64,000 nt of DNA from Escherichia phage MX01. How positions within the stretch are numbered: the first letter of the stretch is position 1; the number at the start of each line of letters is the position of its first letter. The notes beneath the pieces are model-generated. The model made no database searches. It was not told where the DNA came from and saw only the letters and a list, made by a program, of their open reading frames with translations. The position numbers and the translations under genes are program-made. Below are positions 1 to 7,132 of this stretch, one piece after another. The DNA is taken from sequence record NC_031934.1, one strand, 5' to 3'.

Positions 1-619
1 GGCGCCCTGCTAATGCCACCGCTTCATGGATAGAGTCATGGTCTAGCGTATAAATGGTATCATTAAAGAATGATGATTTGTTTACATCCAATTTAGGATG
101 GGAATAGCTCAACGTTTCTTTTTGACGTTGCAGCATAATTTCCTGGAGCTCTTCGTTCAGGGTGATACCTTTATTACGAAGGTATTTGATGTGGGACATA
201 GTTTTCAGGAAGAAAGGATTATTCTTCAGGAAACGATGAGAGGTTTTGATAGCCAGACAGATATCAGGCGTAGCCCAATAGAAACCTGTAAGACGGTCCT
301 TTTTAATATGATTTTCAGCATATTTCAGGAGACGATAGCTTGAGGTGTAGTCTTCATCTTGGAGCTCACCGGTAATTTCTCGTACATTAGTCAGGGCACG
401 GACGATATAAGCTTCGAAATAGGTTTCTTTACCGTTATGCATACATTTGAAAGCCTGAACATCAGGATTGTCAACGTGTACATGAGCACCGAACATACGT
501 GCTTTAAAGTGGTTCCATGAGCCTTGGTCGGCAATGAAATCCCAATCAGAATTTTCGATATGCTTACTTTCAATCAGACCTGCGTGGTGCAGTGCACGAG
601 AACCAATAACTAACATCAT
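1..619 (-). CDS. hypothetical protein, 3' end beyond window edge; possible nucleotidyltransferase fold
   Basis: Minus-strand frame opens at ATG 617-619 and runs off position 1 without a stop; N-terminus MMLVIGSRAL...DWDFI resembles the GS...DxD pattern of Pol-beta-type nucleotidyltransferases. The track ORFs 98-343(+) and 391-573(-) are in other frames. Confidence 0.4.
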   Translation of the reverse strand, partial: MMLVIGSRALHHAGLIESKHIENSDWDFIADQGSWNHFKARMFGAHVHVDNPDVQAFKCMHNGKETYFEAYIVRALTNVREITGELQDEDYTSSYRLLKYAENHIKKDRLTGFYWATPDICLAIKTSHRFLKNNPFFLKTMSHIKYLRNKGITLNEELQEIMLQRQKETLSYSHPKLDVNKSSFFNDTIYTLDHDSIHEAVALAGR

Positions 620-638
620 AATATTTTCCTCAGTAAAC

Positions 639-878
639 TTAAATTTCAGCAACGTAATCGTTATGCAATTCCCACATATCATCAGAATTATTCTTAATGA
701 TAGGAATTATCTCATTAGAGATTTCTTCTGCATAAGGGTCGTTGATACAGTGGGCATCTTCAAAACGAACACCGTAATCAGACTTCTTATAAGCAAAGCC
801 ATAAATCTTTTTAAACTTGGCACGGGTAATGCGTACCGGTTCATTAGACTTATCGGACATCGGAGCGTAATACCACAT
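639..878 (-). CDS. hypothetical small protein
   Basis: 79-aa ORF; ATG 876-878 preceded by GAGGAGAAC RBS inside the conserved leader cassette. Confidence 0.55.
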   Translation of the reverse strand: MWYYAPMSDKSNEPVRITRAKFKKIYGFAYKKSDYGVRFEDAHCINDPYAEEISNEIIPIIKNNSDDMWELHNDYVAEI

Positions 879-905
879 ATGTTCTCCTCATGTTTGTGTA
901 GGGTA

Positions 906-935
906 ATAGTAACACGTATTTTTAGAGTTGTACAT
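906..935 (-). promoter_or_regulatory. early-type promoter (TGnTACTAT -10, degenerate -35) with conserved leader
   Basis: Minus-strand reading ATGTACAA-N-TGTTACTATTACCCTACACAAACATGAGGAGAAC-ATG; same cassette as at 56468-56497. Confidence 0.4.
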
Positions 936-1251
936 CACTTCTGCAATATTCTAAAAATAATTTATCGTTGTCTACCGTATCCCAACGACGCCAAGATGGA
1001 TTCCAGACCAGAGCGTTGTCACCACAATCATTGAGCTTAAAATGGTCGTAGTACATAGCTATACGTCTAGTTTCGTCACCAGAGAATCCCAGTATAGGCT
1101 CACCATGGGTGTGATACATATGATGGTGCATTGAGAGGTCGCATTTGTAAAACATCTCACGTTTACCGCGAACGAACAAGAAAGCTTGCCCATTCATATA
1201 GAATTCTTTATCTGTTTTCAAAAGATATTTGAATACTGAATCTTTATGCAT
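922..1251 (-). CDS. hypothetical protein with His-rich motif (MHHHMYHTHG)
   Basis: Track ORF 922-1272 uses a non-ATG first codon; internal ATG at 1249-1251 has a GGAGG RBS. Confidence 0.5.
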   Translation of the reverse strand: MHKDSVFKYLLKTDKEFYMNGQAFLFVRGKREMFYKCDLSMHHHMYHTHGEPILGFSGDETRRIAMYYDHFKLNDCGDNALVWNPSWRRWDTVDNDKLFLEYCRSDVQL

Positions 1252-1281
1252 AAGTCCTCCTACCACATCCATGTGGTTAAA

Positions 1282-1509
1282 TTATTTTCCTAACGAAATA
1301 CGAGTAGGTTTTTTACCGAAATAGTCTTCATAAGAACCATCTAAACGACCTGCTTTAGACCGACAATATGAATCGTACTTTTTGTAATAAGTCATCTCAG
1401 TATTATAACGCGGGTGTCTATCAGCCATAATAATACTTAACGGCCAACCTTTGGCATAATCGCGAAGACCATTTATTTTACGAATGTATCTTTTCTTTAA
1501 TTTTAGCAT
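1282..1509 (-). CDS. hypothetical basic small protein
   Basis: 75-aa ORF; ATG overlaps upstream stop (ATGCTAA), suggesting translational coupling. Confidence 0.5.
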   Translation of the reverse strand: MLKLKKRYIRKINGLRDYAKGWPLSIIMADRHPRYNTEMTYYKKYDSYCRSKAGRLDGSYEDYFGKKPTRISLGK

Positions 1510-1727
1510 GAGCTCGGATACCAGATTTTACCATCGGCCTGAGCAACGAAGGTGCGTCCAGCTTCTTCGCCATAACACGAGCTATTCAGCCAATCTTCGA
1601 GACGAACTTCACCGTCATAATCGTCGAGCTCAACACCAAAACTTTGAGCAGAAGCCATATCTTTTACTTTCTTATACAGTGCAGCCAGTTCAAGTGCAGC
1701 TTTTTCTAATTCATTAATATCAGACAT
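1503..1727 (-). CDS. small acidic protein, W-x-S-S-C C-terminal family member 1
   Basis: 74 aa; RBS AAGGTGA; C-terminus ...DGKIWYPSSC. Confidence 0.6.
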   Translation of the reverse strand: MSDINELEKAALELAALYKKVKDMASAQSFGVELDDYDGEVRLEDWLNSSCYGEEAGRTFVAQADGKIWYPSSC

Positions 1728-1738
1728 TTTTTATCACC

Positions 1739-1951
1739 TTAGCAAGACATAGAGGATGTAAACCAGAAACCTTCACCTTCCGGAATACCGTAGTCATCAC
1801 GGACCCATTCGTAATCATCATATTCCGGGTTCTTTGGAGAAATGTATTCTCCACGACCAGAAACACGGAACTCTTCACCCGTTTCGTCAGCCACGGCCTG
1901 GCCTTTACGTACTAATTCGCGGATTTGTTTTTCAATTTCATCAATAGTCAT
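1739..1951 (-). CDS. small acidic protein, W-x-S-S-x-x-C family member 2
   Basis: 70 aa; RBS AAGGAAA; C-terminus ...GEGFWFTSSMSC. Confidence 0.6.
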   Translation of the reverse strand: MTIDEIEKQIRELVRKGQAVADETGEEFRVSGRGEYISPKNPEYDDYEWVRDDYGIPEGEGFWFTSSMSC

Positions 1952-1960
1952 TTTATTTCC

Positions 1961-2242
1961 TTAACATTCAGAAGAAGAGGACACCCATCCACCATTTTCT
2001 AGGCTGGTAGTGTAATCATGTTGGTTTACAATAGCGTACTGAGCTTCACCGTATTCTTCCCAGTGGGCAAGGTCGGCTTTCAAGGCGCCAGGAGAATAAT
2101 AGTCACCGCCCATACCGCGAGCAGGGTATATATTAAAATGAGTCTCATATTTGTTTGCAATTTCCTCAGCACGACGAATAGCTTTATGGATATCATTTAC
2201 TGCTTCAGCCAGCTCTTTATTTTTACGGCAATCATTCATCAT
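1961..2242 (-). CDS. small acidic protein, W-x-S-S-x-x-C family member 3
   Basis: 93 aa; RBS AAGGAAA; C-terminus ...ENGGWVSSSSEC; shares IANKY..F and GDYYSPG motifs with member 4. Confidence 0.6.
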   Translation of the reverse strand: MMNDCRKNKELAEAVNDIHKAIRRAEEIANKYETHFNIYPARGMGGDYYSPGALKADLAHWEEYGEAQYAIVNQHDYTTSLENGGWVSSSSEC

Positions 2243-2251
2243 AGCGTTTCC

Positions 2252-2542
2252 TTAGCACATTGCTGAAGAGGAGACCCAAGCACCAACTGTAACGACGCCG
2301 TTTTCAACTTCACCGCCGTTGTTTTCAATTTCATCTTTAAACCACTGGGAGCATTCATAGCCGATAGGATAATATGTACGTCCTGAACCATAATCACCGG
2401 TACCGAATTGGATACCATACTTATCGGCAATAGCTTCACATTCATGTTCGATGGTATTCGCTTTATTCAGAAGAGCATAGATAGCCTTTTCTGCAGATTT
2501 CTCGTCATTGTGTTCCGGGATTTCGATTTCAATTTTATTCAT
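2252..2542 (-). CDS. small acidic protein, W-x-S-S-x-x-C family member 4
   Basis: 96 aa; C-terminus ...VGAWVSSSAMC; start overlaps upstream stop (ATGA). Confidence 0.6.
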   Translation of the reverse strand: MNKIEIEIPEHNDEKSAEKAIYALLNKANTIEHECEAIADKYGIQFGTGDYGSGRTYYPIGYECSQWFKDEIENNGGEVENGVVTVGAWVSSSAMC

Positions 2543-2892
2543 GATTTACATTCCTTAATAAAGGTTTCAAGGTCATTACGTTTAGTTTGTTTTACATACT
2601 CATTATAATTAGCCATAGCTAAAGCATATCTCTTTTTACGTGGCTTGTTTATTTTATTAGTTTGGGCAATATCAAAGACCCATGGGATAAAAAATCCTAT
2701 TAAAGCCGGAACCCAAATCCATGCAAGGCTCATATCTTCAAACGGATGGCGAGGCATACCATTAATAATCCCACCGACAAGAAATCCAATTATCCCTGCA
2801 GTCATACTAGTAGCAATGCCGAGGAATAAGGAAATAGCTATATCATAATCTGCTAATGCGTAACCAGGGTCGGTTTTACTAGGCTTATGCAT
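2539..2892 (-). CDS. small membrane protein (two predicted TM helices)
   Basis: Track ORF 2539-3066 overlaps the upstream gene; internal ATG 2890-2892 has an AGAGG RBS and sits just after the upstream stop; hydrophobic stretches LFLGIATSMTAGIIGFLVGGII and LAWIWVPALIGFFIPWVF. Confidence 0.5.
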   Translation of the reverse strand: MHKPSKTDPGYALADYDIAISLFLGIATSMTAGIIGFLVGGIINGMPRHPFEDMSLAWIWVPALIGFFIPWVFDIAQTNKINKPRKKRYALAMANYNEYVKQTKRNDLETFIKECKS

Positions 2893-3421
2893 TTTGAACC
2901 TCTTTAGCGTATTCGCGGCATTCAGCAATAAAACGATTAAGCTTCCGTTGTTGTTTTCGAATCTCTGATGTATACTCATTAGCCAAAATAATAAGCTCGT
3001 CTTTATCGTAATTTTTAATATCCGAATAACTCGGGCGGCGGTCGACCATACCAAAGTGGTCACCATTTTCTAACATCAAATAGCATACTAAATGGTAATC
3101 ATCGTCAGCATCAACAAGCTGTTTACAATCACTTGGTTCATTTAAAGCGTATACTGAATAGCATAATCCAGCGAATTCCACTCGTTGAATACCTAGATTT
3201 AAGTCAATAATTTCTAAAGCTTCTGCAAAAGAAAGGTCCTCAGCTAAAGCAAAGATAAAAGGTAATTTGGTAGTATCGCCACGGCTAGATGTTCTGCTTA
3301 AGAAATCGTTTGAATAGCCTAGGTCTTGGCGAATTCTATAAAGAACTGAATTGGTTTCATGGGAAAGACCACTATTTTTAAACCAATCAATATTTGATAT
3401 AAGGTTATCATATAAACTCAT
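2885..3421 (-). CDS. hypothetical protein
   Basis: 178-aa ORF; ATG 3419-3421 with GGAGGAGAGGAG RBS region. Confidence 0.55.
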   Translation of the reverse strand: MSLYDNLISNIDWFKNSGLSHETNSVLYRIRQDLGYSNDFLSRTSSRGDTTKLPFIFALAEDLSFAEALEIIDLNLGIQRVEFAGLCYSVYALNEPSDCKQLVDADDDYHLVCYLMLENGDHFGMVDRRPSYSDIKNYDKDELIILANEYTSEIRKQQRKLNRFIAECREYAKEVQNA

Positions 3422-3444
3422 AATATTCTCCTCTCCTCCAAATA

Positions 3445-3462
3445 GGGAGACCGAAGTCTCCC
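3445..3462 (-). terminator. intergenic stem-loop GGGAGAC-UUCG-GUCUCCC
   Basis: 18-nt hairpin identical (reverse orientation) to the gene 23 terminator hairpin at 41579-41596; lies between two minus-strand genes. Confidence 0.35.
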
Positions 3463-3469
3463 GGTAACA

Positions 3470-4063
3470 TTACTTAAGTGAATTAATGTAGTCTTCGATA
3501 TCAGCAGAAGTCGTATCCATTCCAACTTGTGGGCCTTTAAACGTTTCTACACGCAGTAGGGTGTCTTCAATATCAATCTTAGTCAGTGCAGCGATTTCAA
3601 CAACATCATCGGCAGTAGCAATACCAAGGGCAGCCATATTACGAGTTTCACGGATGTACTCGAGCTTAACAGCCAGTTCCTGACGAGAGTCATCAAGTTC
3701 CTTAACCTTCAGTTTAATTTCATTACGCATTTCGATATAATCATCGGCTTTCTTACGAAGCTGAGTAGCTGTACGACGATAAAGGAGACCGAGTTTAGCA
3801 TGTACCTGGACATCAGAGCCTTCGGCAATCAGTTTACGAATTTCACGTTCTTTAGAAGCAGCGAGCTGGTCTTTTTCATTAGCCAAAGCACGAATACGTT
3901 TTTCTTCATTCACAGACTTAACATGAGCCGTCTGGAGTTCAGTGATTTTATCAATCAGGGTAGAAGCAGCTTTGGTGTATTGGTCTTCGATTGACAGGTT
4001 CTGAGCCATCGCGGTACCCAGTTTAGAACGGATGAATTCAACGATTTTCTTTAAAGTGTTCAT
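3470..4063 (-). CDS. coiled-coil-rich hypothetical protein
   Basis: 197-aa ORF, heptad-like charged repeats throughout; RBS GAAGGAAA. Confidence 0.55.
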   Translation of the reverse strand: MNTLKKIVEFIRSKLGTAMAQNLSIEDQYTKAASTLIDKITELQTAHVKSVNEEKRIRALANEKDQLAASKEREIRKLIAEGSDVQVHAKLGLLYRRTATQLRKKADDYIEMRNEIKLKVKELDDSRQELAVKLEYIRETRNMAALGIATADDVVEIAALTKIDIEDTLLRVETFKGPQVGMDTTSADIEDYINSLK

Positions 4064-4105
4064 AGTATTTCCTTCAGTTGATTAAGATTTATAATCCATG
4101 AGGAC

Positions 4106-4135
4106 ATTATACCCTGTCCTCTGAGGTTTGTAAAC
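4106..4135 (-). promoter_or_regulatory. sigma70-type promoter GTTTACA-N18-TATAAT
   Basis: Minus-strand reading GTTTACAAACCTCAGAGGACAGGGTATAAT upstream of the 4063 start. Confidence 0.4.
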
Positions 4136-4138
4136 ATT

Positions 4139-4537
4139 TTATTTCATTTTTGCGAGGCAAATTTCATTGGCTTCCCATTGAGCTTGCTTAATAATAGCTT
4201 TGGATACAGGAGCCCTTTGGCCATAAGTTTTTGACGTTGAGAGAACAATACATTTGTTTGCCTCATTATGCCATCCCCATGATTTTTCGCCATGAGTACC
4301 TTTAACTACAGCAGACACCTCAACAGAGCAACCACCATCAGAAATCTTGGTTTCGACAACCCATTCATTTCTCTCAGCAGCTTCAATTTCTAATCTAGTT
4401 TTTTCTTCATACATCGCGGCCCAATCAGTTTTTGCCAAGTTGAAAGTAAGAGCTTTCTCTAGTTCTTTGGCATATTTTTGTTGTTCAGGTGTTAATGAAT
4501 TATACAACTCTTGCATTTCTTTATCTTCGATATTCAT
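4139..4537 (-). CDS. hypothetical protein
   Basis: 132-aa ORF; RBS GAGGAGAAC before ATG 4535-4537. Confidence 0.55.
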   Translation of the reverse strand: MNIEDKEMQELYNSLTPEQQKYAKELEKALTFNLAKTDWAAMYEEKTRLEIEAAERNEWVVETKISDGGCSVEVSAVVKGTHGEKSWGWHNEANKCIVLSTSKTYGQRAPVSKAIIKQAQWEANEICLAKMK

Positions 4538-4562
4538 TATGTTCTCCTCAAATTATGGGCTC

Positions 4563-4592
4563 ATAATATCTTAATCATGAGCCCATGTAAAC
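4563..4592 (-). promoter_or_regulatory. sigma70-type promoter GTTTACA-N-TATTAT embedded in a 10-bp inverted repeat
   Basis: Minus-strand reading GTTTACATGGGCTCATGATTAAGATATTAT; inverted repeat ATGGGCTCAT (4555-4564) / ATGAGCCCAT (4577-4586). Confidence 0.4.
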
Positions 4593-4595
4593 GTT

Positions 4596-4859
4596 TTATT
4601 TCATATTATTGAAATAATTTTCTGCATCAAAATCATTACCATGGTAAACTTTGGTAGACGATTTGGCGTAACCTTCAGCTGAGAACATATTAATCACAAC
4701 TTTAATTGTATACCACTGTCCATCTTCATTACCCATTACTGCATAGGTTTCATACACCGGGTGTTCAGGACCGATAACTTTAATATCGTTAACAGTAGCA
4801 CCAAATTCTTCAGGGACGCATTTCATAAAGAAATTAAACACTTCACCATAATTATCCAT
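4596..4859 (-). CDS. hypothetical protein
   Basis: Track ORF starts at GTG 4872-4874; ATG 4857-4859 with GAAGGAGAG RBS preferred. Confidence 0.5.
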   Translation of the reverse strand: MDNYGEVFNFFMKCVPEEFGATVNDIKVIGPEHPVYETYAVMGNEDGQWYTIKVVINMFSAEGYAKSSTKVYHGNDFDAENYFNNMK

Positions 4860-4894
4860 TTTACTCTCCTTCACACTGTTGTTTTGATAGGTCT

Positions 4895-4923
4895 ATAGTA
4901 TCATGTTCTACGAAAGAGTAAAC
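4895..4923 (-). promoter_or_regulatory. early-type promoter GTTTAC-N17-TGaTACTAT
   Basis: Minus-strand reading GTTTACTCTTTCGTAGAACATGATACTATAGACCTATCAAAAC. Confidence 0.45.
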
Positions 4924-4945
4924 ATCTTTTTTAAACTTTTTAGAA

Positions 4946-4976
4946 ACAAAAAAAGGCCCAACCTTTCGGAAGGGCC
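4946..4976 (-). terminator. intrinsic terminator (hairpin GGCCC...GGGCC followed by U-run on the minus strand), copy 1 of 3
   Basis: aaaaaaaaGGCCCAACCTTTCGGAAGGGCC; identical to copies at 5572-5599 and 48035-48063. Confidence 0.6.
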
Positions 4977-4981
4977 TAGAA

Positions 4982-5536
4982 TCAGTTCCTGTAGAACCGG
5001 AATGGGTTTATGTGGAAGGCTAACATAGCCTTAGGGATTTTACGAGACAAAAGACTCTTAAGTTTCCAACCACAGTATACACGAAGGTAAAAGGTAATCC
5101 CACCTACTTTAAGATACGGAACTGAAGCAAAGACTCCCCATGCTTCGTCATTCCACATCCATAACCATCCATGATGAGCTTTATCAGGAGAACCGGATTC
5201 AACGTCAGGATTACCACGATAATGGAATTCTGAGCTACAATCGCGTCCAAGTTTATGGTAAGCAAAGTTATAAGCTTTATTTCGCCACAGCCAAGCTACT
5301 CTCTGGAGATAAACACCGCCAGGCATTTTCCTGATTTTAGCCCAACGTTTAATATGGCCTTTGTCACCGTCAATTGGATTATCGTATGTCATCATCCAAT
5401 CAAAGCCATAAGGCAATTTACCGGTCTTTTTATTATGAAAAGGGACTACAAAAGGTGCAAGGATAACAGCCAGAACCATAGAGATAAAATCTAGAGGGAC
5501 CAACAGTACCCAACTCAAATATTTTAAAAGTTTCAT
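4982..5536 (-). CDS. hypothetical Trp-rich protein with N-terminal transmembrane segment
   Basis: 184-aa ORF; N-terminal hydrophobic stretch LSWVLLVPLDFISMVLAVILAPFVVPF; AGGAAA RBS; late promoter upstream. Confidence 0.55.
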   Translation of the reverse strand: MKLLKYLSWVLLVPLDFISMVLAVILAPFVVPFHNKKTGKLPYGFDWMMTYDNPIDGDKGHIKRWAKIRKMPGGVYLQRVAWLWRNKAYNFAYHKLGRDCSSEFHYRGNPDVESGSPDKAHHGWLWMWNDEAWGVFASVPYLKVGGITFYLRVYCGWKLKSLLSRKIPKAMLAFHINPFRFYRN

Positions 5537-5562
5537 ATTATTTCCTAAGTTAGTTTACTACA

Positions 5563-5570
5563 TATTTATA
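5563..5570 (-). promoter_or_regulatory. T4-type late promoter TATAAATA
   Basis: Plus-strand tatttata = TATAAATA on the minus strand, 26 nt upstream of ATG 5536. Confidence 0.5.
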
Positions 5571-5571
5571 C

Positions 5572-5599
5572 AAAAAAGGCCCAACCTTTCGGAAGGGCC
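5572..5599 (-). terminator. intrinsic terminator, copy 2 of 3
   Basis: aaaaaaGGCCCAACCTTTCGGAAGGGCC; ends the tRNA/stable-RNA transcription unit. Confidence 0.6.
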
Positions 5600-5835
5600 T
5601 TTAACCTAGGGTAACCTTGTCGGGGTTCCACCTGCTAGGCAAGTGTTCGGTGCGCCGTTTCTGCTGTGATATAAGGGGACATTAACGAATCGTAAAGATT
5701 TATTAATGCCGGTCCTTAAACAGGGAACATCAGTCCGACGACTTACCGGTAGCGACCCGGTTTCTTGTTTGTTGCGCCGGTGAATGCTGGTAATCAGTCT
5801 TCATACGACGGCTTGACTATATAATAGTCTTCATT
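5600..5835 (-). ncRNA. ORF-free structured region downstream of tRNA-Arg; candidate small stable RNA(s)
   Basis: About 235 nt with no ORF, GC-rich inverted repeats (e.g. CCGGTAGCGACCCGG), between tRNA-Arg and a terminator; T4 encodes stable RNAs beside its tRNA cluster. Confidence 0.25.
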
Positions 5836-5910
5836 TGGTATCCCGCCCTGGGATCGAACCAGGACCGCAAACTTAGAAGGATCGTATGCTATCCATTACA
5901 CCAGCGGGAC
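5836..5910 (-). tRNA. tRNA-Arg (anticodon TCT)
   Basis: Minus-strand reading GTCCCGCTGGTGTAATGGATAGCATACGATCCTTCTAAGTTTGCGGTCCTGGTTCGATCCCAGGGCGGGATACCA; cloverleaf with TTCGATC T-loop, anticodon loop CTTCTAA, encoded CCA. Confidence 0.85.
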
Positions 5911-5915
5911 ATAGT

Positions 5916-5992
5916 TGGTGACCCGGACCAGATTTGAACTGGTAACCTTTCCCTTATGAGGGGACTGCTGCTAACCATTGAGCTACGGGGCC
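5916..5992 (-). tRNA. tRNA with CAT anticodon (Met, or Ile via lysidine)
   Basis: Minus-strand reading GGCCCCGTAGCTCAATGGTTAGCAGCAGTCCCCTCATAAGGGAAAGGTTACCAGTTCAAATCTGGTCCGGGTCACCA; T-arm ACCAG-TTCAAAT-CTGGT, anticodon loop CTCATAA; one acceptor-stem mismatch. Confidence 0.7.
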
Positions 5993-5997
5993 TTAAT

Positions 5998-6264
5998 TTA
6001 AATTACAAATCCAGCGGGAGCATTATCATCTTTAGCCATGTGCTGAATTGTATGATAAGTCATTTCTTCAGGAGCAACCAGATAAGCCGCCGCGTTAACT
6101 AGTGGAATTATTTTCGGTTTAGCGAATGTGCTATCGGCAATTGCCATAAAGGGCTCGCCATCAGTCTCAACTTCGCCAAATTGGCATTCATATGAAATAG
6201 AACAACGTTTGGTAGTTGTTGTCTTGGTTTCCGGGTCATAAAAAGCTAATTTTAATACTAACAT
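5998..6264 (-). CDS. hypothetical protein
   Basis: ATG 6262-6264 with GAGGTG RBS; ends 6 nt upstream of the tRNA. Confidence 0.5.
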   Translation of the reverse strand: MLVLKLAFYDPETKTTTTKRCSISYECQFGEVETDGEPFMAIADSTFAKPKIIPLVNAAAYLVAPEEMTYHTIQHMAKDDNAPAGFVI

Positions 6265-6438
6265 AAACACCTCAAATAAAATTAAGTAAAGTAAGTTTGA
6301 TTAATAGACCTTGTCTATTATGAAAGGCTCTTTGAGGGAAGAACCTTTGGTAATAGAGGGTATTAATGATAGAGTAATAATAACACATTACTCTTAAAGC
6401 ATATTACTATTTTTAGGAATAGTCTGGCCAAATTTGAT

Positions 6439-6729
6439 TCATTGTGGCCACATATTAATGTAATCAAGTTTAATAGAAGCAATCTTCAAAGGATTTTTAA
6501 AGATGTCGTATTCGATCAATCCGTTTTCAGTTGCGGTGTAGAAAGTAAAGTTAACAGAATTATAACGGCGACCATTAACTTTTAGTTTAACGTCGCTTGA
6601 ACTACGACCAATATTAACCTGTTGGACATCAAGCACAGCACCTTTGCCAAAGTTGCGAATCAGTAGCTCTGCTGCAACCTGGTCCGAATTATAGCCATTC
6701 TCTGGATTAGTAACCTTAACGTATAGCAT
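6439..6729 (-). CDS. hypothetical protein
   Basis: 96-aa ORF; RBS GAGGG; start abuts upstream stop. Confidence 0.5.
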   Translation of the reverse strand: MLYVKVTNPENGYNSDQVAAELLIRNFGKGAVLDVQQVNIGRSSSDVKLKVNGRRYNSVNFTFYTATENGLIEYDIFKNPLKIASIKLDYINMWPQ

Positions 6730-7131
6730 TTAACCCTCGTCTACAATAGTATGGGTATTAGCATTAACAATCTGCCACCAGTCACAGTCAAAACGATTAG
6801 AACCGTAACGAGGCTTTTTCTCATTTTCGTTAATAATATCACGTAGTTCGTCTTCAGAAAATGCTTTAGCGATTAAATCGGTATAGCCGCCACGTGGATA
6901 ATAGTTATCACCTGCGAACAGAAGGAAATTTACTTTACCAGAAGGAACATATGCTTCCTTAGGATACTTGTTTCCTGCTTGGTCTACCACTTCAATATAA
7001 CGGTAAGGAATATCGGTACTTTCAACCCATTGCCAAGCTGCAGCAGGGGATTCAAAAGCATCTACACCTAAACGGTTATCTTCATCTTTAGACGGATTAT
7101 TTTCATAATCCGCATATACATAATATTTCAT
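6730..7131 (-). CDS. hypothetical protein
   Basis: Track start is TTG at 7149; ATG 7129-7131 with AAGGTGAG RBS preferred. Confidence 0.5.
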   Translation of the reverse strand: MKYYVYADYENNPSKDEDNRLGVDAFESPAAAWQWVESTDIPYRYIEVVDQAGNKYPKEAYVPSGKVNFLLFAGDNYYPRGGYTDLIAKAFSEDELRDIINENEKKPRYGSNRFDCDWWQIVNANTHTIVDEG

Positions 7132-7132
7132 T

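Noticed and set aside
98-1034. Plus-strand ORFs 98-343 and 534-1034 and minus ORF 391-573 at the left edge
   Set aside because: They overlap, in other frames, the long minus-strand reading frame that runs off the window edge and the well-supported minus-strand genes; no RBS. Treated as shadow ORFs.
2539-3066. 175-aa version of the membrane-protein ORF
   Set aside because: The first 58 codons overlap the upstream gene 2885-3421; an internal ATG at 2890-2892 with a good RBS just after the upstream stop is the likelier start.
5600-5835. Third tRNA downstream of tRNA-Arg
   Set aside because: No T-loop/acceptor combination found on either strand by eye; kept only as a candidate structured RNA.
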